A DNA stretch of 64,000 nucleotides from Eledone cirrhosa (GCA_964016885.1 OZ024756.1:28086001-28150000); one strand, 5' to 3'; shown: positions 47,001 through 60,637, numbered from the stretch's first letter. The notes: generated from the sequence alone by a model not told the origin. Numbers and translations are program-made.

Positions 47001-47211
47001 TTAACCCTTTAGCATTTAAACCGGCTGTATCTGGCCAGAATTCTCTCACCCCTTTCTGTTCAAACTGGCCATAACCAGCCACTCATACTTTTGTTAAGGT
47101 ATTGTTCTCAAAATATATAACAACAAAATCTCATAGATTTGATATTATGAGAGATAAAAGTGTTTACTGTGAAAATACAATAATAAATATAGAGTAATTT
47201 AAATGGGTTAA
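47001..47211. mobile_element. piggyBac-type MITE (TTAA TSD, damaged right TIR) nested in an older MITE
   Basis: Homologous to 14641-14868. Its flanks resemble 14103-14327. Confidence 0.7.
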
Positions 47212-47780
47212 GCTGGTGTTTATAACATGAAGAGTCTTGCATACAATTATGAAGGAAGGTTTAAATTTAAATATGAACACTTTAAAAAGAGATCAGTATT
47301 ATAGAATAAGGGGTAGTTTTGTGTAGTTTGGTATCAAGAGCTAAATGATTTTTAATTACAGATTCATAAAGAAAACCAGAAAAAGGTGTTATCAGGTACA
47401 CTTTCTCAATTTAAAAGGTCACATTCTTTGCTCTGAAAAAAATGAGAGCTGAACCTACTACTACTACTACCTGTATTAGTATTAGGTTCTGTGTAACAGC
47501 AGTAGGAAAACCAACCTTGAAAGGAGTGGTTACAACAACCTATTGTCCACCATACTCCACAGCAATGCCTTGGCAATTTTGTCTGCAGCGTGTGGCACAG
47601 CTGTAACATACAGCTCAGATTGTGGTGTAGAGTCTTTCATGCCCTTCCTCTTTCCTTTTCTTTCATTGCTTGATTTCTTTTTCTTCTTTACCTTCTCTTT
47701 CTTTTTCATTTCCTTATTGCTATTTATGTTGTATGGTTTTTAATGACACTTTCTCTTTAGTTTAATAAACTTCATATATA

Positions 47781-47978
47781 TATCATCATCATCGTTTAAT
47801 GTCTATCTTCCACACTAGCATGGGTTAGATGGGTTTATCCCATTTGGAGGCAAGTTGGGTCGGGTGACCGTGTTTCGTTCATATAGGACTGTTTCTGGCA
47901 GGCTTTCTACGGCTGGATGCTCTTCCTAGCGCCATCCACGTTTACAGTGCATGCTGGATGTTTTGTGGTACCAACATA
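47781..47978 (-). mobile_element. RTE 3'UTR/tail fragment
   Basis: (CAT)n followed by cgtttaatgtctatcttccac...ggctggatgc. Confidence 0.65.
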
Positions 47979-48009
47979 GCATACATAAATATATATATAT
48001 ATATTATAT

Positions 48010-48867
48010 AACTTAGTAAAAAATATCTCCCTCCGTATATCTCGCTTGTCCACAAATGAGCAAATCTTCAATGAACACACGCCATATTACAACCAGGCCC
48101 TCAAAAGAAGCGGCTTTCGGGAGGACATTTCATATTATCCTTCTAGTGGACCCAGCTGGCGACGCCCCTGCTCATGCCACGTAACGTGGTTCAACCCTCG
48201 CCACAGTGCCGAGGTTGCAACACCAATTGGGAAGATCTTTTTCAGACTTCTCGATAAACACTTCCAACCCCAACACTGCTACCACAATATCACCAACAGA
48301 AACACTGTTAAACTTTCCTACAGCACTACACCCAACTTTGCACAAAACATTGTTTCATCTAACAACAAAAAACTCCTCTCTAACAGAAAAAACAACAATG
48401 ATATTAGTGGAGAGCAAACTAGGAGGTGTAACTGTCCGGATAGATCATCGTGCCTCCTCAACAATAGATGCCGAGAACGAAACGTGGTCTACCAGTGCAA
48501 CATGAGGACAGAAAACTCCAACAAGGCCTACATTGGATTAACCACCTGTGAATTTAAGACCCTATATTACCAACACCACCATACATTTAGAAACCCGGCC
48601 CAGCAACACACGAGAGCGCTTTCTGGACATATTTGGGACCTCCAAGACAACAATATTACCTACCATCCAAGTCAGAGCATACTTTCCAAGGCAAAATTTT
48701 ACTCGGGAGGACGCCGTCCAAGCAATTTATGCTCGGAAGAAACGATCCAGATGCTGTTTGCAAAGGAACAACTCTTAAACAAAAAGGATGAACTTGTTAC
48801 CTCATGTAAACACAGAATACATAGAACTTACCTTACCTTCAAACCCCCTCACGACGCAGGTGGGTAG
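48010..48867 (+). pseudogene. Penelope-like RT thumb, Cys-rich linker and GIY-YIG endonuclease fragment
   Basis: RISRLSTNEQIF, TWFNP, NRNTVKLSYS, CNCPDRSSCLLNNRC, VVYQ...YIGLT, NLCSEE...LLNKKDELVTSCKH. No start or RT core; the position of the catalytic Arg appears altered (FKTLY). Confidence 0.85.
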
Positions 48868-49752
48868 TCCTCTGCTGTATCTCTTTCCTATTTACAAACT
48901 AAGATAGAGGAAACCCCAAGCATACTTAGGTAGAAATAGAATTTTATATTTTTTATTCATTAGTTACACACTCTAATTACACTAAGGTAGATCTTTGCAT
49001 ATCTAAGCTTATAATCAGTTTCTATTCTTCCTTAGGTTAACCCGGCAAATTTTCACTCTTGTTAAATATACATAGAACCGGCCAAACACCTAGCCATGCT
49101 TTTTTGGGGGGGTGAAGTGGGGGTGTATCGTTATAAAGGAAAATACTAGTAAATTACTGTATTGAGGTGCCGTTCCAGTGCATTAGAGTAACTGATAACT
49201 AAATTCTATTTATTAGGAATTTAATTAGTATCAATATCTATATGCTTTGCTCTAGCTAAGTGTTAAACTTGGCATACTTTCACTACTTAATTCACTTCCT
49301 TAATCTCATATGCTGAATTTACTTTCTTACCCTCATTAGAGATAGTTGTAAAGATTTCTCTCTTAACACCTGACTACCTTGGCACCCACAGGTCAGAATA
49401 CCATCTTACTCCCTCCCCTTTGTTCTACATGCCAGTTCATCCCCCTCCCTCCCACTGCCATGAAGGAATTTAACCATGTACATGACATCCCAGAAACAAC
49501 AAATTTTTAGGATTGTTTGATTTGACACTTCTGCTTTTTTGTTTTGACTGCATGCCCATATATGGGTTGTACCCTTTGATACGTTCAGCTAGGTCCCTGC
49601 CGTCCTAATACTGCTGGGTTGGTTCGGATCTAGCTGTCGAAATGGAACTCAGCCATCGGGGTCCTGACACTTTTCCTTTTACCCACTCTACTACCCTAAG
49701 TATCGAGTACTCTGGTGCATTATGGTCCACCTGGTTCCTTACCACACTTTCC
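48010..49752 (+). mobile_element. 5'-truncated Penelope-like retroelement (ORF C-terminus, 3'UTR/pLTR)
   Basis: GIY-YIG ORF followed by a terminal segment that recurs at 17497, 22980 and 60450. Flanked by (TA)n. Confidence 0.8.
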
Positions 49753-49873
49753 ATATATATATATATATAATATATATATATATATGTGTGTATATATATA
49801 TATATTATATATATAGAATAAGAAAATAGAAAATACGAAGTAATTTCAGATGTTAAAGTCCTTTATTGGTAAT

Positions 49874-49948
49874 GCTGTGATACATATTTCAATGACAACA
49901 GTGGCCACACAATTCCGTGTACCCACTGCCATGACATCATCAGACAGC
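49874..49948 (-). ncRNA. Type I hammerhead ribozyme with long stem II
   Basis: GCUGU-CUGAUGA-[atggcagtgg..tacacg/tgtgtg..ccactgttgt]-GAAA-UAUGUA-UC-ACAGC. Confidence 0.7.
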
Positions 49949-50069
49949 TTCTTACATAATAAGGTTATGTAAGGCAATCCAAATTGAAACGACAAAGGAA
50001 GGGGCAAAGCGCTTGTTTTTTACATTATTAAATCTTATTCTTATTTCTTGTAAATATTTTTTTTCAAAA

Positions 50070-50775
50070 TATCAATTCAAAACTTTTGTGAATAGGCATC
50101 ATATCTTGTCATTTACCTATGGTTTAAATTTCATAGAAATCAAAGGGAAAAAATTTTCAGCGGTGGTTTGTGCCCCTGGGGAATACTAATAGGGGGTTTT
50201 AACCCCTATTAGAGTGTCTTAATATTATTGAAATTTACTGAAATTTTGTGAATAGGCATCATATCTTGTCATTTACCAAAGGTTTAAATTTCAGGGAAAA
50301 TTTTTCAGCGGGAGTTTTCAGAGGGGGTTTGTGCCCCCCAGGGAACCCTTTGATTAAATATACTTATCCAAGTACCCTGGGCAATGTAGTTTCAGAAGAT
50401 ATGTGGTTATGGGGATCTATCTCCAAAACCATAGGAAGAGTTTGTGAAATCTTGTCCGATTTATTGGCCAAAATGTTCACTATAGGGTTTAACCCCCCAT
50501 TAGGGTGTCTTAATATTATTGAAATTTGCTAAAATTTTGTGAATAGGCATCATATTTTGTCATTTACCAAGGGTTTAAATTTCATATAAATCAAAGGGAA
50601 AAAATTAAGCGGGGATTTCCAGCAGTAGTTTGAGCCCCTGGGAAACCCAAATGGGCATGAGCCCCTACACATGTGTCAAGTTTCATCAAGGTCGGTTTGG
50701 TAGTTTTTGAGTTTTAGGTTCACAAACAAATAAACAAACAAACAAACAGACAGACAGAAATTGCCATTTATGTAT
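50070..50775 (-). mobile_element. Helitron/Helentron-like non-autonomous element, 5' part with ~160-bp internal repeats
   Basis: Minus strand starts aaatggcaatttc(tgtc)n(tgtt)n...aaaccgaccttgatgaaacttgacac. gtgaataggcatcat recurs at 50088, 50248 and 50539. Confidence 0.5.
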
Positions 50776-50898
50776 ATATATGTGTGTGTGTGTATTATAT
50801 ATGTATATATATGTATTTATATATATATATGTGTGTATGTATATATATATATCTATATATATATATATAAATATATATATACATATATATATACATAT

Positions 50899-51743
50899 AA
50901 CTCACTCGATATGCAAATTAGGCTGCTCAGCCGTTAATATGCATAAAGAAAGTATATACTTTCAGACGTTCAATCATCTGGCAGAAAGGTATACAATGCT
51001 GACGATAGCTAATAAACTTGAAACTAGTACATCGTTCCTGTGTCAGTGTTGAACAAAAGGGCAACGATGGTTGCCTGAACACTGTACGGCGTAATTCGGG
51101 CTGTTTGTTTGTTTACAAACAAACAAACCGAACATTATAATAAATGTTCGGTAAACCTATACGTACATATATATATGTGTGCATGTATGTATATATATAC
51201 ATGCTACTGTATGTCTGTATACATATATGTATGTACGTATACATACATACTTACATTTAAGTATCAGCCGTACTAAGAGTGAGAAATGAAATTTTGCTTC
51301 ATTCTTTTCGATTTATCGTTTTCGGTGCGCCCAGCCGACTAACTCACTCGATATGCAAATTAGGCTGCTCAGCTGTTAATATGCATAAGGAAAGTATATA
51401 CTTTCAGACGTGCAATCATCTGACAGAAAGGTATACGATGCTGACGATAGCTAATAAGCTTGAAACTAGTACATCATTCCTGTGTCAGTGTTGAACAAAA
51501 AAAGGTGACGTGGTTGCCTAAACACTGTACGGCGTAATTCGGGCTGTTTGTTTGTTTACAAACAAACAAACCGAACATTATAATAAATGTTCGGTAAACC
51601 CATACGTACATATATATATGTGTGCATGTATGTATATATATACATACTACTGTACGTCTGTATACATATATGTATGTACGTATACATACATACTTACATT
51701 TAAGTACTAAGAGTGAGAAATGAAATTTTGTTTCATTCTTTTC
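50899..51743 (+). mobile_element. 442-bp tandem dimer with one minimal hammerhead per unit
   Basis: Units start at 50899 and 51341; HHRs at 50993-51035 and 51435-51477. Confidence 0.8.
51435..51477 (+). ncRNA. Minimal type I hammerhead ribozyme
   Basis: ACGAUG-CUGACGA-uAGCUaauaAGCUu-GAAA-CUAG-UA-CAUCAU, with palindromic stem III ACUAGU. The consensus of the two copies gives a perfect stem I ACGAUG/CAUCGU. Confidence 0.75.
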
Positions 51744-51794
51744 CATATATACATATATATATATACAAATATATATATATACATATATATAAAC

Positions 51795-52127
51795 ACGCGC
51801 TGAAAATTTTTCCCTTCGATTTTTATGAAATTTAAACCATAGGTAAATGACAAGATATGATGCCTATTCACAAAATTTCAGCAATGAAACCCCCTAATGG
51901 GGGTTATATTTTTTTCCTTATATTTTATTCAACTTCTCTAACAAACATTTTTTCGCCTGACCAATGCAATCAACAATATTTGTTTGTATTATTGTTTCGT
52001 AAATGAATTTGTCTTTTAATTATCTGTCCTATATTTTGATTTCATCATTGGTCTGAGAGGCATTGGGCATTTTAATGGGAACTGGGAGTACCTCCGCTCC
52101 GGGGTATTACCGGGTACCTCAGCTAGT
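51795..52127 (+). mobile_element. Helitron-like 3' part ending hairpin...CTAG|T
   Basis: Shares the internal repeat of 50070-50775 in opposite orientation and ends ggggtattaccgggtacctcagCTAGt. Confidence 0.5.
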
Positions 52128-52193
52128 ATATACATATATATATATATATACATCATCATCATCATTTTACGTCCGCATATATATGAACATATT

Positions 52194-52251
<58 letters not shown>

Positions 52252-52254
<3 letters not shown>

Positions 52255-52597
52255 AGAGTACCCGACCTCCCATGGGTACAAGCTGAAGCATATAGACAAT
52301 ATGCCCCCAGACCCCCCACCGCAAGGTGGTCGTTGAGGTGCCACGGCAAAAAAGCACCCAGCCCACACTGTAAAGTGGAGGTGTAGTCGCCACGAAAAAG
52401 CACCCAGCACTCACTGTAAATGAGGTTGGTGTTAGGAAGGGCATCCAGCTGTAGAAATCAAGCCAAATCAGTTCCTGTATGAGCAAGGCATGGTCAGCCG
52501 AGCAGACACTGCCCACAACAGGACAACCCGTCTAACCCATGCTAGTGTGGAAGAACGGACGTAAAACGGTGATGATGATGATGATGATGATGATGAT
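52252..52597 (+). mobile_element. RTE family A 3'UTR and tail
   Basis: Reverse complement of 43272-43610. Confidence 0.8.
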
Positions 52598-52647
52598 AAA
52601 CATATATTTACATATATATATATACATATATAAACATATATTTACAC

Positions 52648-52678
<31 letters not shown>

Positions 52679-52979
52679 AACATATATTTACATATATAAA
52701 CATATATAAACATATATTTACATATATATATATATACATATAAACATATATTTACATATATATATATATAAACATATATTTACATATATATATAACCCAT
52801 GCGAGCGTGGATTATGGACGTTAAACGAAGATGATGATGGTGATGATATATACATATAAACATATATTTACATATATATATATATATATACAAACATATA
52901 TTTACATATATATACATATATACATATAAACATATATTTACATATATATAAACATATATTTACATATATATACATATAT

Positions 52980-53955
52980 ATCATCATCATCATCAACGTT
53001 TAACGTCCGTGTTCCACGCTTGCATGGGTTTGGACGGGGGTATTCCCACTTGAGGCAAGAGTGATTGTCTTGCTCGCATAGGACTGTCTGGCAGGTTTTC
53101 TACAGTTGGATGCCCTTCCTAACACCAACCACATTTACAGTGTGGGTCTGGGAGGTTTTTACCGTGTTGCCTACACGGCCACATTACAGCGTGGACTGTG
53201 TGTTTTTTTGTCGTGACACCTACACGATCTCATTTGTTTCGGCCTGGATGGCGCGGCACCAACATAATGGCACGGCACCAACATAACTTTACATAGAACG
53301 GGGTGGTGTGGATGGGGTGGGGGTGGTGGGACGGGGTGTATTTTGTTAGAGATGCCTACTGGCTGTAGTAGGTTTTACTATGTATTTAGGTAAGGCGGGT
53401 CTTCTCTGTTACTGAGTACCGCCAAAGGTCTCGGTCCAGTGACATTGTCTTGGAGAGGTGTAAGTGTGTGAGGTCGGAGTTTATCAGCTCGTCCCAGGTT
53501 TTTCTAGGTCTGCCTATTCCGTGGCTACCGTCTATCTTTATTGCCCTGCACTTTGTTATACAGCTATCGACTTTCATGCGCATCACGTGTCCATACCAAC
53601 GTAGCCTTCTCTCGAGTAAACAACATCTGATCCCTCTTATTTCTAATTTTTTCCTTAGTTCGTTTATGCTTTGCCGTTCATGTATATTACTGTTACACAT
53701 CCAGCGGAGCATGCAAGCTTCGTTCCTCTCTAGTCTGCGTATATCCTCTGCACACAATGCCCAGGTCTCACTGCCATGCAACATTGCTGTTCGTATGCAG
53801 GCATCGTACAACCTGCCTTTCATTTTTAGGGAAAACCCTTTAGCAGCTAATAGTGGTATAAGCTCTCTGAACTTTTTCCAACCAGTTCTGACTCTAGCTA
53901 CTGTACTTTCAGAGCACCCTCCCCCACTGCTGATTTTATCGCCCCAGAGCACCGG
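52980..53955 (-). mobile_element. RTE family B 3' fragment
   Basis: ORF 53386-53952 is nearly identical to 30226-30790. Confidence 0.85.
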
Positions 53956-53956
53956 C

Positions 53957-54315
53957 TATACATATATACATATATATACATATATACACATATATATATA
54001 TATACATATATATACATATATACACATATATATATATACATATATATACATATATACACATATATATATATACATATATATACATATATACACATATATA
54101 TATACATATATATACATATATACACATACATATATATACATATATATATACATATATACATATATACACATATACATACATATATACACATATATATATA
54201 CATATATACACATATATACATATACATATATATATACATATATACATATATATATACACATATATACATATACATATATATATATACATATATATATACA
54301 CATATATACATATAC

Positions 54316-54366
<51 letters not shown>

Positions 54367-54441
54367 CATATATACATATATACATATATATATACACATA
54401 TATACATATACATATATATATAAATATATATACATATATAC

Positions 54442-54472
<31 letters not shown>

Positions 54473-54593
54473 CATATACATATATATATATATATACATA
54501 TATACATATATATATATATACATATATACATATATACATATACATATATATATATATATATACATATATACATATATATATATACATATATAC

Positions 54594-54666
<73 letters not shown>

Positions 54667-54703
54667 TATATACACATATATACATATACATATATATATA
54701 TAT

Positions 54704-54738
<35 letters not shown>

Positions 54739-54747
54739 CATATATAT

Positions 54748-54794
<47 letters not shown>

Positions 54795-55047
54795 CATATA
54801 TATATACATATACATATATATATATATATATATACATATATATATACATATATATATATATACATATATACATATATATGTATACATATATACATATATA
54901 TATATACATATATACATATACATATATACATATATATACATATATACATATATATATATATACACATATATACATATATACACATATATACATATATATA
55001 TATATACATATATATACATATATACACATATATACATATATATATAT

Positions 55048-55101
<54 letters not shown>

Positions 55102-55505
55102 CCATATATACATATATATATATATACATTTATATATATATATACATATATATATATATACATATACATACATATATATATATACATATACATACATATA
55201 TATACATATACATACATATATATATATACATATACATACATATATATACATATACATACATATATATATATACATATACATACATATATATACATATACA
55301 TACATATATATATATACATATACATACATATATATATATACATATATATACATATATACATATATATACATATATACATATATATACATATATACATATA
55401 TATACATATATACATATACATATATATATACATATATATATACATATATATACATATATACATATACATATATATATACATATATATATACATATACATA
55501 CATAT

Positions 55506-55550
<45 letters not shown>

Positions 55551-55907
55551 CATATATATATATACATATATATATATACATATATATACATATATATATA
55601 TACATATACATATATATATATAGATATACATACATATATACATATACACATATATATATATATATACATATACATACATATATACATATACATATACATA
55701 CATATACATACATATATACATATACATATATATATACATATACATACATATATATATATATATACATATACATACATATATATATATATACATATACATA
55801 CATATACATACATATATATATATACATATACATACATATATACATATACATACATATATATATATATATATACATATACATACATATATACATATACATA
55901 TATATAC

Positions 55908-55938
<31 letters not shown>

Positions 55939-56287
55939 CATATATACATATATACATATTCATATATACATATATACATATACACATATATACATATATA
56001 TACATATATATATATATATACATATATATACATATATACATATACATATATATATATATATATACATATATACATATACATATATATATATACATATATA
56101 CATATACATATATACATATATACATATACATATATATATACATATATATACATATATATATACATATATATACATATACATATATACATATATACATATA
56201 CATATATACACATATACATATATATATACATATATACATAAATATATATACATAAATATATACACATATATATATAAATATATATAC
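53957..56287. repeat. Compound (TA)n/(TACA) microsatellite
   Basis: Seen directly in the sequence. Confidence 0.95.
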
Positions 56288-56350
56288 AAGGGCGGTGCCC
56301 CAGCATGGCCTCAGCCGGATGGCTGAAACAGGTAAAAGAGTAAAAGAATA
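56288..56350 (+). mobile_element. Short retroposon 3' end with (AAAAGAGT) tail
   Basis: Matches 10941-11001. Confidence 0.6.
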
Positions 56351-56426
56351 ATATATATATATACATATACATATATATATATACATATATATATATATAC
56401 ATATATATAAATATATAGATATACAT

Positions 56427-56760
56427 GGAGGCACATGGCTTAGTGGTTAGAGCATTGGCCTTGCAATCGAAAGGTTGTGAGTTCAATTCTCAGACCAGGT
56501 AATGTGTTGTTTCCTTGAGCAAGACACTTTATTTCACATTGCTCCAGTTTACTTAGCTGTAGAAATGAGATGATATGACAGGGGTCCATATCATTCCACT
56601 GCAAAGTGGTCGTGGTGGTGCTGCAGCAAAAACCACCCAGCACTCACTGTAAATGAGGTTGGTGTTAGGAAGGGCATCCAGCTGTAGAAATCAAGCCAGA
56701 ATCAGTTCCCGTCCCACCCTTGCAAGCAGGGAAAAAGCGGACGTAAAATGAAATGATGAT
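56427..56760 (+). mobile_element. tRNA/CORE/RTE-tail SINE
   Basis: Near-identical to 21387-21723. Confidence 0.85.
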
Positions 56761-56844
56761 ATATATATAGATATACATATATATATATACATATACATAT
56801 ATATATAAGTTATATGAATCAAAGTTCTGTTCAAATAATTTATA

Positions 56845-56891
56845 TGCTTACAATTGTTTCTTCCAAACCGAGGTTTGGATTCATCGGAGCA
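56845..56891 (-). ncRNA. Hammerhead-like motif with a U4C core variant
   Basis: UGCU-CCGAUGA-aUCCAAACCucGGUUUGGAa-GAAA-CAAUUG-UA-AGCA, with palindromic stem III ACAAUUGU. Confidence 0.6.
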
Positions 56892-57751
56892 ATTTATTAA
56901 TGATTGATTACATACATGACCTCCTTTTCAACCCAAGAGACATACAGAAACATATGCATATATTGTTACTTGGTGGGTCGACATCCATTATAACATTTAG
57001 CATGGCAGTATACATTTAAAGATTACAGTCATATCAAAAGAGGATAAAATGAAAATTAAAGTTAAAATACAACATGAAATTAATGCGATAGGATAGTCTG
57101 AAGCAGTTAGTGTGTGCAATAGTTACACGTGTGTCTTATTTATATAATATTATAGTGCGGCAGGGTGTTACATGTAATACAAGCACTTCAAGCGGGTAAT
57201 CAAGAGTATTAAGGGGGTTGTACTGGTAATGTATCGTTTATATGAATGTTATAGAAGCTTGTGTGTAGAGAAATATTATAAATATTAAAAATATTAGAAA
57301 TAAGGTAATAAGGTAATAAGGTAGTAATATATTACTGCCTATCACTATTTAGGGTTTGAAAAAATATATATAACTACAAAAGGTTTTTGTATATGCATAA
57401 CCATAAATAGTATTCTTAATACATATATATATATACATACATATACATATATATTTACATATACATATATATATACATATATATTTACATATACATATAC
57501 ATATATATATACGTATACATATATATATACGTATACATATATATACATATACATATATATATACATATATATATACATATATATATACATATACATATAT
57601 ATATACATATACATATATATATACATATACATATATATATATATATACACATATATATACATATACATATATATATATATACACATATATATACATATAC
57701 ATATATATATACATATACGTACATATACATATATATATACATATATATATA

Positions 57752-58409
57752 CATCATCATCATCACCGTTTTACGTCCGTTCTTCCACGCTAGCATGGGT
57801 TAGACGGGTTGTCCTGTTGTGGGCAGTGTCTGGTCGGCTGGCCATGCCTTGCTCATACAGGAACTGATCTGGCTTGATTTCTACAGCTGGATGCCCTTCC
57901 TAACACCAACCTCATTTACAGTGAGTGCTGGGTGCTTTTTCGTGGCGCCTACACGTCCACTTTACAGTGTGGGCTGGGTGATTTTTTTGCCGTGGCACCT
58001 CCACGGCCACCTTGCGGTGGAGGGGGGGGGGGCATATTGTTTATATGCTTCAGCATGTACCCATGGGAGGTCGGGTACCCTGTATTACTGCGTGACGCCA
58101 GAAGTCACGGTCGTGTGTCATTGACTTTGAGAGGTGTAGTTGGGTAAGGTCGGCTTTTATCACCTCATCCCAAGTCATCTTGGGTCTCCCCACTCCGCGG
58201 TTTCCATCAACTTCTAGTGCTCTGCACCTTTTTATGCAGCTGTCATCCTTCATACGCATCACATGTCCATACCAGCGTAACCGCCTCTCCTGCACGCAGC
58301 ATTTGATTCCTCTTATGCTCAGTCTCTCTCTCAATTCCTTTATGCTTTGTCGTTCACGTATATTACTGTTACACATCCATCGGAGCATGCAGGCTTCGTT
58401 TCTCTCTAA
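57752..58409 (-). mobile_element. RTE family A 3' fragment
   Basis: Near-identical to 43275-43937. Confidence 0.88.
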
Positions 58410-60205
58410 TATACCAATATCCCTCTGATATACCAATCGAAACTGACATACCAATCGAAAATGACATTCTAATCGAAACTGATATACCAATAGAAATTGA
58501 TATACCAATAGAAACTGATATACCAATCGAAACTGATATAACAATCGAAACTGATATACCAATCGAAACTGATATACCAATAGAATCTGACATACCAATC
58601 GAAACTGACATACCAATAGAAACTGATATACTAATCGAAAATGACATCCCAATCGAAACTGATATACCAATCGAAACTGATATACCAATAGAAGCTGACA
58701 TACTAATCAAAACTGATATACCAATCGAAATTGACATACCAGTCGAAACTGACATACCAATCCAAACTGACATACCAATCCAAACTGATATACCAATCGA
58801 AACTGTCATACCAATCGAAACTGATATACCAATAAAAACTGACATACTAATTGAAACTGATATACCAATCAAAACTTATATACCAATAGAAAGTGACATA
58901 CCAATAGAAACTGACATACTAATTGAAACTGATATACCAATCAAAACTGATATACCAATAGAAACTGACATACCAATCGAAACTGATATACCAATCAAAA
59001 CTGATATACTAATAGAAACATACATACGAAAAGAAACTGACATACCAATAGAAATTGACATACCAATAGAAACTGATATACCTATCGAAACTGACATACC
59101 AATAGAAACTGGTATACCAATAGAAGCTGACATACCAATCGAAACTGATATACCAATAAAAACTGACATACCTATCGAAACTGACATACCAATAGAAACT
59201 GATATACCAATAGAAAGTGACATACCAATCATAACTGATATACCAATCGAAACTGACATACATATCGAAACTGAGATAACAATAGTAACTGATATAATAA
59301 TCGAAACTGACATAGCTATCGAAACTGATATACCAATAGAAACTGACATACCAATAGAAACTGACATACCAATCGAAATTGAAATACCAATAGCAACTGA
59401 CATAGCAATCGAAACTGATATACCAATAGAAACTGACATACTAATTGAAACTGATATAGCAATCAAAACTGATATACCAATAGAAACTGACATACCAATA
59501 GAAATTGACATACTAGTCGAAACTGATATACCAATCGAAACTGATATACCAATAGAAACTGACATACTAATTGAAACTGATATACCAATCGAAACTGATA
59601 TACCAATGGAAACTGACATACCAATCGAAACTGATATACCAATCAAAACTGATATATTAATAGAAACATACATACCAATAGAAACTGACATACCAATAGA
59701 AATTGACATACTAATCGAAACTGACATACCAATCGAAACTGGTATACCAATAGAAACTGACAAACCAATAGAAACTGACCTACCAATGGAAACTGATATA
59801 CCAATAGCAACTGAAATACCAATCGAAACTGACATACCAATAGAAACTGATATACCAATCAAAACTGATATACGAATAGAAACTGACATACCTACAGAAA
59901 CTGATATACTAATCGAAACTGACATATAAATCGAAACTGACATACCAACAGAAACTGATATAGCAATAGAAACTGATATACCAATCAAAACTGACATACC
60001 AATCGAAACTGATATACCTATCGAAACTGATATACCAATCGAAACTGACATACCAATCGAAACTGACATTCTAATCGAAACTGATATACCTATCAAAACT
60101 GACATACCAATAGAAACTGATATACTAATCGAAAATGACATACAAATCGAAACTGATATACCAATCGAAACTGATATACCAATAGAAGCTGACATACTAA
60201 TCAAA
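58410..60205. repeat. 18-bp minisatellite, ~100 units, consensus AAT(C/A)GAAACTGA(C/T)ATACC
   Basis: Seen directly in the sequence. Confidence 0.95.
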
Positions 60206-60449
60206 CGTACATATACGTACATATACATATATATATACATATATATATACATATACGTACATATACATATATATATACATATATATATACATATACGTAC
60301 ATATACATATATATATACATATACGTACATATACATATATATATACATATATACATGTATATATACATATATATATACATATACGTACATATACATATAT
60401 ATATATACATATACATATACATATATATACATATACATATATATACATA

Positions 60450-60637
60450 CAACGAAGGAAATGTGGTAAGGAACCAGGTGGATCATAACGCACCAAAGTA
60501 CTCAATACTTAGAGTGTAGAGTGGGTAATAGGAACGAGTAGGACCCCGACGGCTGAGCTCAAGCCGTTTTTTTTTTTAGTCCAGAATTAGCCAGCGAAAC
60601 GGCTTGAGCTCAGCCGTCGGGGTCCTACTTGTTCCTA
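60450..60637 (-). mobile_element. Penelope-like pLTR fragment with an inverted stub that preserves hammerhead stem III and GUC
   Basis: Homologous to 49640-49752. The inverted stub reads GAAACGGCTtgagctcAGCCGTC-GGGGTCC at 60596-60625. Confidence 0.65.

Noticed and set aside
47406-47743. Lys-rich minus-strand reading frame (KKKEKVKKKKKSS...)
   Set aside because: Short and low-complexity, with no clear splice sites or homology I can recognise.
58369-60486. (IGMSVS)n and (ETDIPI)n repeat-protein ORFs
   Set aside because: A by-product of an 18-bp unit; the ORFs start in transposon or microsatellite sequence and have no unique coding flanks.
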